A stretch of 64,000 bases of DNA from Octopus vulgaris. Taxonomy: Eukaryota. Each line of letters opens with the position of its first letter. Position 1 is the stretch's first letter. Made by a program: the position numbers and the translations under genes. The notes beneath the pieces were generated by a model that saw only the letters and a list, made by a program, of their open reading frames with translations, was not told the DNA's origin and did no database searches. Of this stretch, positions 40,200 through 56,005 are shown piece by piece. Location of the stretch: NCBI GenBank assembly GCA_951406725.2, contig OX597828.1, positions 8,432,001 through 8,496,000 of the forward strand. Direction: 5' to 3'.

Positions 40200-40800
40200 T
40201 CAACTCTACGCACTCATGCAGTGTAACAAGTTCCGACCTGTAGGCTTATGTCGAACGACTGCTGTCACGTGTGGGACGAGTCGGTTTATCAGCTGAGTCT
40301 ATCGTCAATATTGTCACGCCTCTGTCCTTCAAACGGGAAGGAAAAGCTATTTTCATCATTCTTGTGGCCATGGCGAAAGAATGTATCTGGTGGACGCGTC
40401 TGAAAGGATTGGAGACAAACACTTTCCTCTCTGGTCAATCTTTCATCAATTTCTTCAAATATCACTTGAAAAGGAAAGTGAGAGTAGAGACGCAAGCTTT
40501 GTCTAGCGAATGTTTTAAAAAAAGATGGGTGAATGTAGCAAGAATGGCATGTATGAATGACGAAGCCACCTTGAGCATAATCCTATGAACCCGGAAATTT
40601 AAAACAGAGGGTTACCTACTTGCAAACAAATGTGCTAACATGTAACATCATTGACCGAGGTTACCGTGGTCTTTTTCGTAGGCTTTTCTTCCCACGGATA
40701 GACCTTATCTGCTTTCCCCTTTACACTTATGATACATGATCCCTATTGATAGTTTATTTCCCCCTTTATTTTTTCTTCTTTCCCTTTTACGATCTCTTTT
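40200..40800 (+). pseudogene. L1/Tx1-type LINE ORF2 C-terminus and 3' UTR
   Basis: HALMQC..LVAMAKECIWWTRLKG..ECFKKRW (ORF 40271-40588), matching the Tx1-like AK..IW..R..F..RW signature. Confidence 0.75.
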
Positions 40801-40967
40801 GATCGAAAATCTAACCTACCTCTTTTTTTTTCTTCCCTCCCCCCAAAAGAAAAGATCTACTTTGTAATCTGCTCCGTCTGTGTGCAGCCCTGTGTGGCTA
40901 ATAAAAAAACCTATGTACACACACACAAACACACACACACACATAAACACACACACACACACGCACG

Positions 40968-41014
<47 letters not shown>

Positions 41015-41754
41015 ACACACGTACAAATAAAGACATGTGTGCCATCAAATACTTCACACATTGTTTCAGATCCTTAATTAATATTTACTAACTTTAGCCC
41101 AGTTTCAGGGAGAAATATTTAAATTTTCAATGATCTTACAACAACAGCGAGGCGCACATCTGCATCTTTACTCACCTGTACTGTCTTTTAATCGCATAAT
41201 TTCCCATAAGCTTTCCCATACATAGATGTGTAGGGTGGTGGTGAGTGTGTTTCAGTGTTATATATCAGTGTAATATATCGTGGTAACCTTCGGTGCCAAT
41301 ACACTGTTTATAAGGCATGCAAGTTACCAAATTACTAATACAATTCGCGACGGTACACAATTATTTTGAAATACCTTTCACTAGTACTGCGCCACAGTTT
41401 TGGTTACCAAACCACCTACATCTAAGTCTAGAGTTCTTGAAACGAGTAGCCAGTCTCTTTGCGAACAGATGTCTTGAATCCTTTTTCTTTGTATGCGAGT
41501 TGGGAGAATATAAATTGGATATCGATAGATTTTGTTTCTAAACTGAAAGAAATACAATCGGATAGAAATGATATAAAAGCATCTCGTCCCAAATTATTGG
41601 ACATGTATGTTTTCTGGTATGAATAGGGAAACTGCGAAAAATGTCCTCAATATTTGAACCCTAAACGAGAACACATATAGATGGTGCATTGCGTTGATTT
41701 CCGACGTTGTGACCACTCTATTTGTGAGATGTGTTTGGTGTCTCTATTTATCTG

Positions 41755-41758
41755 TCTG

Positions 41759-41844
<86 letters not shown>

Positions 41845-41845
41845 A
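41755..41845. repeat. (TCTA)n microsatellite
   Basis: Read directly. Confidence 0.97.
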
Positions 41846-42059
41846 TATATCTATTTATCTATCATTCTACCAATTTCTTTCTATATACACACACACATCT
41901 ATATATCTATCTTTCTACTTAATGCCGTTCTATCCATACATATAGACATACATGCTTATGTATATACATACATATTTTTTAATGAAAATGTACATTTAAT
42001 TAACACATAAGAAGATTTTACTTATGTGCATCTACACCCAGAACCACGCTAATAGCTTA

Positions 42060-42360
42060 GGAGTGAAATTTAGGATGTCTCGATTTTCTTTGAATCGATT
42101 TTGATAAAACCTTTCTCAGCTGGTTTGCACACTATGGCAACACTATTGTTATGTTTTCATTATACTGTGTAACGTCCTTTTTTTCAGATTCTTCCAGTTT
42201 TTGGGTTAAGCACGATAAGAGCGTCTGACATCTCTAAGAACAATGGGACGTGGAAAAAGCATTAACTATGACGAAAAGTCTGCTATCATCAAGGAAAATG
42301 TTAAAGGGACCATTCTTCATGTCAATGCGTATAAGTTAGGTCGCTATTGGCACACGATGT
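42060..42360 (+). pseudogene. Tc1-like transposase N-terminal (HTH) fragment
   Basis: From 42243: MGRGKSINYDEKSAIIKENVKG..AYKLGRYWHT. Confidence 0.65.
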
Positions 42361-42369
42361 CGTGCAGCT

Positions 42370-42718
42370 AGATTTTATACTTCACTCAGAGATTTATTAT
42401 TGCTTGTTTACACTTTTTCGAGATCAGTGACTTTTTGTCACTGGAAAAAGGATATATATATTTGTATTGAGAACCACTTCACATCGACAACCGGCAGATT
42501 GTCACACGCAGATGACGGGTCCACATCCAGAAACTCGGGTCAGTGTGTATCACGTCACGTTGGAGATGGGAAGGATGGCTTCCCTTTACAAATACTGACA
42601 GGGCACAGAAAGTGAGTCAATAGCCAGCTGGAGGAGGTGTCTTCCTGAGGCTACAAGCTACAGTAGCATCCACCCTTTAGGGTTAGCCACATATAAGTGG
42701 CAAATATACTTCACGATA

Positions 42719-42720
<2 letters not shown>
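42370..42720 (+). mobile_element. Putative Penelope pLTR/retrozyme-like non-coding element
   Basis: Carries the hammerhead-like motif at 42503-42547, truncates the Tc1 fragment and ends at (TA)n. Confidence 0.45.
42503..42547 (+). ncRNA. Degenerate minimal type-I hammerhead ribozyme motif
   Basis: CACACG-CAGATGA-CGG(GTCCACAT)CCA-GAA-ACTCGGGT-C-AGTGTG: one core deviation (U4 to A), GUC site, palindromic helix III, CACAC/GTGTG helix I. Confidence 0.6.
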
Positions 42721-42754
<34 letters not shown>

Positions 42755-42785
42755 TATACATATATATACATGTACACACACACAT

Positions 42786-42862
<77 letters not shown>

Positions 42863-43006
42863 TATAGATTCTCTAGGGTGTATAATGTAACCATATTAAT
42901 ACCATTAATAACGGTAGCAGTACGTCAGTTTCAAAAAAATATATATATGTACATACATATGTATATGTATGTATGTATATAATATCTATCTATCTATCTA
43001 TCTATA

Positions 43007-43069
<63 letters not shown>

Positions 43070-43109
43070 ATGTATACATATATACATAAATATATATATA
43101 TATATACCG

Positions 43110-44300
<1,191 letters not shown>

Positions 44301-44768
44301 TCCAAAGAAGACACGTCATTAATGACCAATATGAATTGTTTCTGTACCATTCTGTAGTTTCTGTACTACACCATTAGAATGTGAAAAAAGTTATGTAACA
44401 TTTTTCATTTAAATTTTACGTGGAATGTGGTTAAAAAAATAGTGGTACATAAAGCATTATAATTTTTTGTCATTTTTTGAGGATTATGTTTTACTTTTCC
44501 CGAAACTCACACATTGTATTTGACGATAAGACCTCTGGATTTTCAACAAGCTTTTCAACAGGTTGTGAGTGAAGAAAATCTCAAAGTTGAGTTGAGTTCT
44601 GCATTAGGAATACTGCATCACTTTACCCTTTATAGATATAAATAGATAGATAGATAGATAGATAGATATATGCATATATGCACGCGTATCGTTGTCTGTG
44701 CATCTACCTGCACTTCTCTTTATATGCATATACATACATTCATTCATTGGAACATACATAACTATATA

Positions 44769-44816
<48 letters not shown>

Positions 44817-44831
44817 TGTGTGTGTGTATGC

Positions 44832-44862
<31 letters not shown>

Positions 44863-44885
44863 TACTCACACACACGCGTATATAT

Positions 44886-45013
<128 letters not shown>

Positions 45014-45750
45014 GTATATACAGACATGTATGTATCGGGTGGTAGAAAGATTAATGTGTCCATGACCATTCATAAATGTACTTTGCCTGAATAATTGTTA
45101 ACTCTATTTGCATTAAGAAAGCTATGAGTAAGCCCTTAAGTGCCAACAGAGAGGCGCTCAAACCATTAACGACTTCCACATAAATAACTACGACATCATC
45201 GACGACAATAGAATAAAGAATAGCAGCGATTCCGACTGTACCTGTATAGAATCTATATGACAGCCGAGCTATAGGTAGAGCGTAGGCTAGCTTTATTTCA
45301 TTGCCCTTGGCGCCCTCTGGCGCTACTTACAATAATTACTTTTGGGAAATCGGTTACATATATATAAAAAAACAACAACAATAGTTTAAACACTGATGAC
45401 GTAAACTGACTCTACCACCTACTCAGAATTCAAACGGTGTACCAAGTCCCAAGAGTGCAGTAAAAACTGACCTGGAATTTGCCACTGTCATTTAATGGGT
45501 ATTGTTGTTGTAAGTCACGTGTTTTTCCCCTCTCGTCTCTTCAGCTTTCTCTTAAATCATATCGCTTTTTTTTCGCCCCTTCTTTTAATTCTCTTCTCAA
45601 GAAATGCTTTATAATCTGAGACACCTATATTCTCTTTGTCGTTTTGTCTCTTCTCTCTTTTTTGAATTTCTCTATCGTTGTATCTCTTTTCTCTTTACCT
45701 TTCTGTCTCACTACACACACATACACACAACACACACACACACACACACA

Positions 45751-45783
<33 letters not shown>

Positions 45784-48039
45784 GCACCCATTCACAAACA
45801 CACAACCACATATGCTTACATACATGAATACGTACATTTAAGCATGAATACATCTATGCATATATTCACACATTTTATATGACTGCCTATGAAAGGCAGT
45901 AAAACTTCCACAAACTATCTTTCTCACAGTGGTAAGTAAATTAAACCGAACGCATAACGGTGCTGTAAAACCTTTCCCCAGGCCATTTAAAACCTAGTAC
46001 CATACCTGTATGAAAATTACACATGTAAACCCCTGCTTGCAATACTTACCACAAAATACCCCATGCTCCACCACTAACATAAGAACATATCCGCTAACTC
46101 CATCATGAAAATTACTTCTATAAACTTCCTCGCTAGGAGAACCATCATCATAACCACTGACATTCAATGATTGAAATGTACTTGCGTAATAGGAAAGTAA
46201 GAATCTTACCAGACAAATCGTACACGAAAATATATACCCCGAGATTTGTTAAATCGTACACTGCATACACATCATCGCCGACACTATGACAACAATTACT
46301 CATACACACACACAGTGAAAATATTACCATTATCACTATGGCTATTGGTGATTCAAATGTACGTACAAAAGAAGCAATTAAAATATCGTCAGGCAATTCA
46401 TTCTTTCTCAAAATCATATAAGCTTCACATTTATTACATAATGCATCGCGTGCACTCTCATATGATAGATCGTGGAAGAATTTGATACATTTAATTCATC
46501 GTCAACTGCTTCACCAGATACAAGATTTGACCATCCATTTTCATAATTTATTTATTCTGTCGTTATTACACGCAAACATATTCACGTCTGTGCATAACTT
46601 TTTTTCAGTTTCCTGTGATAAAGAAGAATTTCATACATATCCATCATATTACTATCTTACTTTCTACGAATCCTCATCAGTGAATAAGGGAGACATAAAT
46701 ACTTTATTTTAAAAAAAATCGTTATACTAAATTTTTAGTTCAATTTAGTTTAACAAACTGTGAGATAAATGATATTTCGTGGACTCAACGAAATAGAACC
46801 GTCACTCAACAATGAGTGCGATCGAGAGAGGAGATATTTCACCTCCCAAATAAATAAATCGCAAAACAGTCGATATCAACTCATTACCATGGATGAAAAA
46901 CTTATAAATATCTAATTTCCCTTCATATAGGGAAATTGTTCACAACCGTATGATTTTTAGCTCAACTTTGTTACAGAAATAACGAATCAAGCATCTTAGA
47001 TATTATTAATTAGCACTATTGATTACTAATGTTAGTAAAAGGTCACGAATGACTGACTTGTATAACTCAATTGAGGGGAGGATAGAAGACCGAATGAAAG
47101 GTCTTGTGTATAGGTGGTCGACATGTTAGAATTAAGAACAAATCTCAGTCAATTCACATACTGTTCTCTTGAGAAAGAAAGTTTCATTGGACACTGCATT
47201 TTTAGATATAGTATTTTTAGATATAGTATTTCGTTGATTGCTGATATGCAATTAACAACAAAACAACAACTAGAAGCTGTTCAGTCAAACTTAGGGATAA
47301 CCTCAAAGTATATTCTCATGTCTCATTACTTTCTGCTGTTAATCTGATTTTACCATTTCCTCAACTTAGTAGTGGCCAATATTAAAATTATATGAAAAGG
47401 AGAGTGGAGAAATAGCTAATAATTGAGAGTTAGTGAGGATGAAACACGAAATATTGTAGAGTTTATGACTAAATAGCATGTAGCGTTTAGAATTCGTCTC
47501 CTTTTCTCAATATTAGACCGAACAGTTGAAGTCAATTACCGAGGTGTCATATGTCTTCTGTGTCCTCTGTGTTAACGAGAGTAAAACGAATTTATTTTCT
47601 GAGAAACTATTTATTCAAAAATTTCCAACGAGATTTGTTGAAATGTTTACACATCAGGACATTCCCAAACTGAAATATTATATGCAATCAAAATATGTCA
47701 ATTAATACATATTTAATTCAAGGCCGGTAATTTAAAATATCATCAACATATCTTTAGCATATTGATAATTAACAGATGATGATCATCTTACGTTTAATAT
47801 GAATAATGATCCCTTATACCGCCACACGGTTAAACATTGGAGTTGAGTTGGATTAGTCGATTAAATCGACTCGTATTTGGAATGGTACAGTGTTGACTGT
47901 GAAAGTATAAAAAGAAATGGAAAACAAGGTTAATGGAAGCAAAATTGAAGCATCTTAATGGAGACGTTAAAAATAATAAAATAACGGAAGGTCTAATGAT
48001 TTGGCCAGTTCAATCCCTTTATTTCTAAGATAAAAATCT

Positions 48040-48250
48040 TTTCTGCTATAGACACACAGTCTGAATCCTTTTAGGATTGGGGACTAGTCGACTACATCGA
48101 CATTTGTGCACTACTGGTTATTTCATCGATCACGAAAATATTAAAAAGAAATTTGTACATAGAAAATAAAGAAAGAAATGTTGCTGAAAATTTTATCCGG
48201 TTGAATATTTTATCCGGCATTCTAACGGGTCTTCCTGCCCGCCACCTTCT
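48040..48250 (-). mobile_element. SINE family B, diverged (a second decayed copy lies at ~47820-48020)
   Basis: GGGGACTAGTCGACTACATCGA..TCATCGA..CCTGCCCGCCACC. Confidence 0.65.
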
Positions 48251-48284
48251 TTGCAGCACAAATAAAACTGTTTTATCCTCCTTC

Positions 48285-48420
<136 letters not shown>

Positions 48421-49004
48421 TACACGGTACGAAAAAATCACTTTTCTTGGAGTATACTGCTCTTAGATGTGACCCGATTGCAATATTTTATCAACTACAG
48501 CTACACTACTTATTCAATCACTCAATACTATGCCAATCTGTAGAATCGCAAGTGAAATGTCGTATAACATCATTGTTTAGGAAATAGTGTATCAAAGACG
48601 AAATTAAGCCCTCAATTATAGATATTCTTGGTTGTAATCAAGCAAATATTTGAGTACAACGTATAACAAACCGAGATGACTTAGAAACATGTTCATAGAC
48701 GCATCTAATTTAATACCTGCGACTATAAGCATTAAATATTTCATCTATAAACTAATCTATTATTTTCTGGAAATTAGTTTACCTTTATTTTCATATTTTA
48801 TTATAGACTTCTGGTACAATGATTAATGCACAATTCATACTTTACGCAGAAAGAGAAGCCATGATGGCTATATATTTATTAAAAATATAATTCTTCGCTT
48901 TTAATGATATATTCATACATCATTACAATATTTCCATGTGCACACGCTTTATATATATATATATATATACATACATATACACACCCACACACACAAACAC
49001 AATG

Positions 49005-49358
49005 CATCCCGGCGTTGCCCGGATGTTATAACCAACAAGCACATTGTATTATTGTTCCTTTCTTATGGGGAGAATCGGCACAGCTAATATATACCAAATG
49101 GAATAATGTAAGTCATTGTCTATTGAATAGCGAAGGGCAAGGGTACAGTTGGCATGAAAGTTCTTTCTCTTGATAAGAAGGATCAGAAACTACATATTGT
49201 ATTATCGTATAAAAGGGGGTTAATACAATTTTGTCCAGAAATCACGTTTTCAATATCTCAATTTCCCACTATCCCAAACGCAATTTCTTAATTTGTAACT
49301 TTTTCCGAAAGTTTTTTTTTACCTAAGTAGAAAAATACATTGATTTGAATCTGGGAAC

Positions 49359-49389
<31 letters not shown>

Positions 49390-50110
49390 TTAAATTTTCT
49401 TAAAGAAACACTCAATGCCCTTTCCTTCACCTCGCCCTCCCATCACCTGCCAGCTTTCAAAAAGCTAAAATCCCCCAATCTTTCACTTTTGGCTGATGTT
49501 TTCTGCATGTGTAAAATTCTACTGAAATAGTAGACTTAAAAAATAACAGACCGCTACCAGACAATCTGACATGCTAAAAAAAAAAAACATTGTTTCTAAA
49601 GAAACTTTTCCGTTTTCCAAAAAGCTTTAAGTGAAACATTGGGTGTGTGCAACTTTTTGAAAGTGCTGAGGTGATTTTTTTTTTTTTTGAAAGTGCTGAG
49701 TTAAAATTCTTAAAATTTTGTATTTTTATTTGTTCTCCATGTATGACCTAGAATAAAAATTTGAAAAAAGTAGAAAATTAATTTGGTATGGAGGGGGAGA
49801 CAATTGAAATATTGAGAACGTATTTTGTGGGTGAAATCCTAATCTCCTGTAGCGCAAACATAGGAATCGGAAAAATTTAGGCAAAAATAAAAGGTAAGGG
49901 GAAATGTAACTTCGAGCATGGTAGGAAGGAGAGAAAGGACAGGATTTCAGGGAAAACTTCCTTTTAAGTTTATAGGAAATTTAGGTCTTTAAATATGCTC
50001 ATCATAAACACAAATTACACAATAGTAAAAGATAATTTCAATTGGATTTGAGCTGTAAATTTTCACGTGCACATTGCAAGAAATAACATAATTCGTGCAG
50101 AGGTTTTACC
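49005..50110. mobile_element. Possible non-autonomous Helitron-like element with an internal diverged inverted repeat
   Basis: CCCGGCGTTGCCCGG motif at ~49008; 49230-49320 is a diverged inversion of 49750-49840. The right end is a guess. Confidence 0.35.
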
Positions 50111-50622
50111 TAGAGTGTGGGTATGTTTGACAAAGCAAGTTATTTCATGGTAAAGAAGTTATTTCATGGCACAGAAGCAAAGATGTCAACTCGATATATA
50201 TGGGATCATATGATTGTTCGTTAATTTCGGTAAAATTATTTTAATTTCTGAATGATTTGAAGAGAGTAGAAATTGAAAGAGACGATAAATTAAAAGATGA
50301 CATTTGCTTTGAAGTGAGATGAGAAAGTGTAAGATGTACCTATATATGAAATGGACGTATGTGTGTGTGTGACAGAGAGAGAGAGAAAAAGAGAGAGAAA
50401 GAGAGAGAGTGAGTGAGTGAAGGTGTGTGCTGTGATATATGAATTTTTTGCATGTATGTGTAAGTGGTACTCACTCGCTCTCTTTCTCTCTCTCTCACTC
50501 ATACATACACACACACATTATCTTTCATACATCGTACATAGCGGAGGTAAAGAATACGTACACGGGGAGTGCGTATTCTTTACCTTCACTCATAAATACA
50601 TATGCATGCATCTTGTTTGTGC

Positions 50623-50664
<42 letters not shown>

Positions 50665-51808
50665 TTTTATGCGTGTCAGTGTGTGTGTGAATGTTTCTCC
50701 TCACAGCATATAGAAAAAATGTTTTTTAACGCAATTTTGGTGACTGTGGCTTATTTTAATACAATATTTATGTGTACATTTTCATGAATGTTTGTCTGAG
50801 TAGAATTCTAGGCAAGCGTGAAAGAGCAGCCGAGACTGAAACATAGGAAGCAAATCGCAACATTCTCCGAATGTGACCTGAAAATTGTGTGATCCAACCT
50901 AGTTGCCGAGGTTATTTTAGTTGTAAAGATGCGTTGTTGAGTCAAAACTTTATTTGGTAATAAGCAACTTTCTTTATTATAATATAGATGTGACTAATTC
51001 GGAGAAACATTACTTTCATTATTCACACATCGTCAATCTCGCAATCCATCACTTTGTAATTTTGATTCAAATTCAAAGTGCGAAACTTTTTTTTTCCTTT
51101 TCTAATGAAACCTGGTCGTTGATAATATTGAAAATAGCAAAATGTACACATTCGAAGTTCAAGCGAAACGAAATTGAGTCAGTGAAGGTGCAAAACATAC
51201 TTTCTATAGCATAGTTATACTATAAAAATGGAAAGCCACCAATTTAGCAAAAGATACTATGCACCACCAATGTAACAAAGTACAGAAAGTAAACATTTAT
51301 TTGGAACATGTACTAAATGTTTAAAAAATCACGATTGAATATCACGGTGAAGAATGTGGAAGTCAAACGAAACTCAGAAGGCATAATTCAATTTTTCATA
51401 CAAAAATAATTTATTTTACAATTCTGAAACGAACGCTGAACCAAGTGTATAGTACTTTCATGTATTTATTTATGTATGTATAATGCAATCGATTAGACCG
51501 CATGGGTAATCGTCGCCCGTGTAGGTCTGATAAATTGTATCAATGACAAATGTTGCTGATGATTTATAGATATATATGTGAGTATAATTTGCATATTATA
51601 TTGATAAAGAAACAACTGTACCACATTAATCTATTTTTAGTTGTATTTCCCTTTCCTTACGTTGAGGGTAGTGCTATTTCTATGTGGAGGTATTGTCGGC
51701 GGCTATACCAGAATACGGAGCTATTTCTAGCACTAGAGTTGACCTTTTTAACGTTAACTCTCTTATATTTACGGATATATATATATATATATTTGCATCT
51801 TCATCTGT

Positions 51809-51840
<32 letters not shown>

Positions 51841-53084
51841 TTATCTCTCTCTCTCTATCTATCTGTCTCTCTATCTATTTATTTCTCTCTCTCCCCTCCT
51901 CCTCTCTCTCTTTATATATATGTATGTATCTACATGTGTGTGTCGATATACGCGTATGTGCTCGAAGATACATTAAGTTGATAGCTGACAAGTAGAGTAA
52001 CTTCGTTTTTTTTAATTATATCATTTGTATTTCTATTTTCAATTGTAGTTTTCCTTATATTATCGAACTAAAACAAACGTTTTCTTCTTTACTCAGATAA
52101 TTATATCCACAAGTAATAATATTCAAGTTCTTATTTTGTCAACAAAGGTTACATTGATTAAAATAAAACTAGACTCGATATTTCTAATGTACACTTCTAA
52201 AATAATTTCATTGAAATTTATAGATTCCAGCTGTTGGCATTATCTTAATTCTCTTTATAACAAGAATCACTGCAAAGCTGTGAAGCAACTAACGTTTATA
52301 ATGGATAAACAATATACCCCATAAGGAATATTGAAATGAGCCCTACGTGCTAAAGAAGGATGCCATAAAGGTACATTGTATGCTGCTCTGAATGCTGGTT
52401 TGCTACTTTGTCACTATTCTACCTTATTAATCTTTCCGAATCCCAATGTTTATCCGCCATACATGCATTTTTAATATTCTATCTATTATATGTTTCCACC
52501 ATTTTGTTAGTTTCCACGATGGGCCACCGACTTTGTGGGGTTTAGTCCAGCAAATCGACACCAGGATTTTATTATTAATCGTAGTACTTATTCTATAGGA
52601 CTTTCACCACACCGCTAACCTTAAGGAATTGTAAACACACAAACACCAGTTGTCAAGCGGTGATGAGGGGCAAACATAAACACATAAATCCATGTAATAA
52701 CGATGCAGTTGTTTTATTTAATAGACCAGTGACTTATCATTGCTATATTTAATTGATTTCGATCGTATGGTCGTACCTGTTGCCTTGTTTTTCTGTCCCA
52801 TTATTTATATGAGTGCCTCCTAACATATCAGTACCCCATAGTTTTTACCTTGTATTCCCCCGATGTTGTGATATCCGATGATCTCTGCATTATCATTGCT
52901 ATGTCGTATTGGGCTATTGGATTTTGCCGTTTGATCCTTAACCTAAGAATTTGCAATCATGAAACAAAGGACATCAGGAGCAGGTATATGTTAATCCAAG
53001 TATCTATTTTGTAGGGAAAATTATAGAGCTGGTGATCTATATAAATAATAGTTAGTGTAGTTGCAGGAAATTCTTTTATTCTTT

Positions 53085-53338
53085 CACTTGTTTCAGTCAT
53101 TTGACTGCGGCTATGCTGGTGCGCCACCTTTTATCGAGCAAGTCGATCCCAGGTCTTATATTTATTTTCTGAGCCCAGTACTTATTCTATCGTGTCATTT
53201 TTTTGCCTCCTAGATTTATGAAATGATAACCAGACATTTGAAACTCCTTCATAATTTACGTTAAGTTACGGGGACGTAAACACGCCAGCATCGGTTGTCA
53301 AGCGACGTTGGGGGAAACACACACACATGCACGCACAT

Positions 53339-53377
<39 letters not shown>

Positions 53378-53541
53378 CGACGGGCTTCTTTCAGTTTCCG
53401 TCTACCAAATCCACTCACAAGAATTTGGTCGGCCCGAGGTTATAGTAGAAGACACTTGCCCAAGCTGCGAAGCAGTGACACTGAACCCAGAACCATGTGG
53501 TTGGTAAGCAAGCTACTTACCACACACCCACTCTTGCGCCT
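53085..53541 (-). mobile_element. SINE family A, full length with a short internal insertion
   Basis: Colinear with 15405-15785. Confidence 0.9.
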
Positions 53542-53766
53542 GCGAGCTGGCAGAAACGCTAGCACGTCGGGTGAAATGCGTAGCCGTATTTCGTCTGCCG
53601 TTACGTTCTGAGTTCAAATTCCGCCGAGGGCGACTTTGCCTTTCATCCTTTCGGGGTCGATATATTAAGTACCAGTTACGCACTGGTGTCGATGTAATCG
53701 ACCTAATCGTTCGTCTGTCCTTGTTTGTCCCCTCTATGCTTAGCCCCTTGTGGGCAATAAAGAAAT
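53542..53766 (+). mobile_element. SINE family B
   Basis: GCGAGCTGGCAGAAACG..GAGTTCAAATTCCGCCGAGG..TTTCATCCTTTCGGGGTCGAT..AATAAAGAAAT. Confidence 0.92.
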
Positions 53767-53962
53767 ATATATGATTAAAGATATAACTTTTGTAGCGCTT
53801 TCTCTGCGTCTGATAGTGAGTAAGATTTGTTAGGTCTTTAAAATAGATTCAGTAATTAATAATGGACTTGAAATAGAATGATGTTGAGTATGATGTAACA
53901 ATGCAAAAGATGATGATATGATGGTGAGGGTCTGACGAATAAAAAATCTAGAATTACAGCAC

Positions 53963-54162
53963 AAGGCGGCGAGCTGGCAGAAATGCATAGCGACATTTCA
54001 TCTGAGTTCAAATTCCGTTGAGGTCGACTTTGCCTTTCATCCCTTCGGGGTCGATAAATTAAGTACCAGTTATGCACTTGGGTCGATGTAATCGACTTAA
54101 TCCCTTTGTCTGTCCTTGTTTGCTCCCCCTATGTTTAGTTCCTTTGAGTGTAATAAAGAAAT
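53963..54162 (+). mobile_element. SINE family B (internal deletion in head)
   Basis: Colinear with the 53542 copy. Confidence 0.9.
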
Positions 54163-54597
54163 TAGAATTACTGAATAATGTTAGAGGAGGAAGAAAAAAG
54201 ACGAGAAAGCATTAAGGAAAAACAGAGAGTAAAAGTCGGTGAAGGTAGAGTTTAAGGGAAGACGGATTAAAAATTGGTAAAAGAGCAGGAAGCAGAAAAC
54301 CACTCGTTACACAGAAAATATTGAGAAAGGCTGAGCAAGAACATTCAACCTTAAAAATTTACTGCATGTCTGAGTTTTAGAAATCAATCATTTCCAAATA
54401 GGGTCTTTGACAGCCATACAACCATAGAGAGTTGCAGATAGACACACAAACGAAAGTACATGCATTTCTATCCAACCACTAACATCAACACAAAATATAT
54501 ACAAGAATATTTTTTTGAAAGTACGGTGGAAGCAGACAATACAAGTAAGCTTAAGGATTGGATCTATCAGAGGGCAGAATTAAGGAGATTTTTTTAA

Positions 54598-54749
54598 ACG
54601 GCTCTGCGGTAACTAGCTTACCAGCCACATAGTTCCGCGTTCCGTCCCACTGCGTGACAACTTGGGGAAGTGTTTTCTACTATAGCCTCAGGTCGACCAA
54701 AGCCTAATGAGTGGATTTGGTAGACAGAAACTGAATTAAGCCAATCGTA

Positions 54750-54806
<57 letters not shown>

Positions 54807-54982
54807 ATATTTATATGTTTGTGTGTCTGCCCCCCCCCCCCCAACATCGCTTGATAACCGATGCTGTGTGTTTACGTCCCCGTAACTTAGCGGTTCGATA
54901 GGCTTACAAAGAATAAGTCCTGGGGTCGATTTGCTCGACTAAAGGCGGTGCTCCAGCATGGCCGCAGTCAAATGACTGGAAA
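54598..54982 (+). mobile_element. SINE family A, near full length
   Basis: Reverse complement of the 15405-15785 copy, with internal (TA)n(TG)n. Confidence 0.9.
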
Positions 54983-55114
54983 AAATACATTCATATATCG
55001 CTTAACGCTGTTTTTCAGTTTTTCGGTTTATACTGATATTGTTTCCAGATGTGATAATCTACGCAGTGAATTGTGTCACAATCGCTAAGACAAGTATTAC
55101 CATTGTATGGCCAT

Positions 55115-55740
55115 TTTTACCTCCGCCTTAGCGAAGGGGGCGATATCGTTTTCAGTCGTGTGTCTTTGTTTGTCCGTGGATAAGATATCTCAAAAACCGC
55201 TGGATAGATTCGGATGAAACTTTCAGGGATATTTGGCCTCGTGACTGGCCCGAACTGATTATATTTTGGGATCGATCCGAACAAAAAAAGGATTATGGAT
55301 AATTTGTAATATTTACTTTACATGATTACGATCTTTGTTCACTTTCAACTCTTTCTCAGTTATCTCCCTTTAGGTTGTTTCCAAAGTTTTATTCTAGTTT
55401 CTCTATTACAAATTTTATCTTAGTAGAAAATTATGGATAATAAAATCAAACTACATAAACAAGCGACAGTAAAGCCGTTCAGAAATTATATAACATAAAT
55501 ATGCGTGCTATTTATTTAAAAATTCCTTGGTAGAACTTAGTATTACTTCCGCATTTGAAACTATTTTCAATGGTGAATTTATTAACTTTGGCTTGTATTA
55601 GATAAGGATAAACAATTTAATACTGTTATTAAATTTTCTGCAGCCACCTTCATATTCCATGACTATCATTGGGATCCATCAGGTACCGGACAAATATTCT
55701 GGATTACTTTTCCGTTTTTTTTTTTTTGCTTAACCTTTGA
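55115..55740 (+). mobile_element. DINE-1/HINE-like (Helentron-associated) element, interrupted
   Basis: TTTTACCTCCGCC..GTTTTCAGTCG..TGTTTGTCCGT..GATATCTCAAAAACCGCTGGATAGATTCGGATGAAACTT..GGGATCGATCCG; the related GGGATCCATC..CTGGATT resumes at ~55670. Confidence 0.6.
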
Positions 55741-55794
55741 GAGCATAATTTTACTTCCCGTCTGCTTAATCAAAGTTGTCACTGTATATTCTTT

Positions 55795-56005
55795 ACTACA
55801 CTAGAACAAGGCCCGAAAATTTTGGGGGGAGGGGACCAGTCGATTAACTCTACTCCAGTACGTAACTAGTACTTAATTTATCGACTCCGGAAGGATGAAG
55901 CGCAAAGTCGACCCCATAGAATATGAACGTAGAACGTAAAGACAGACAAAATATCGCTAATCTCTTCGCCCAGCGTGCTAACGTTTCTCCCAGCTAACCG
56001 CCTTA
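55795..56005 (-). mobile_element. SINE family B
   Basis: Reverse complement of the family B core and head. Confidence 0.85.

Noticed and set aside
41169-41260. Minus-strand CAG/GTGAGT splice-donor match
   Set aside because: An isolated 9-mer is expected by chance in 64 kb; no supporting acceptor or ORF.
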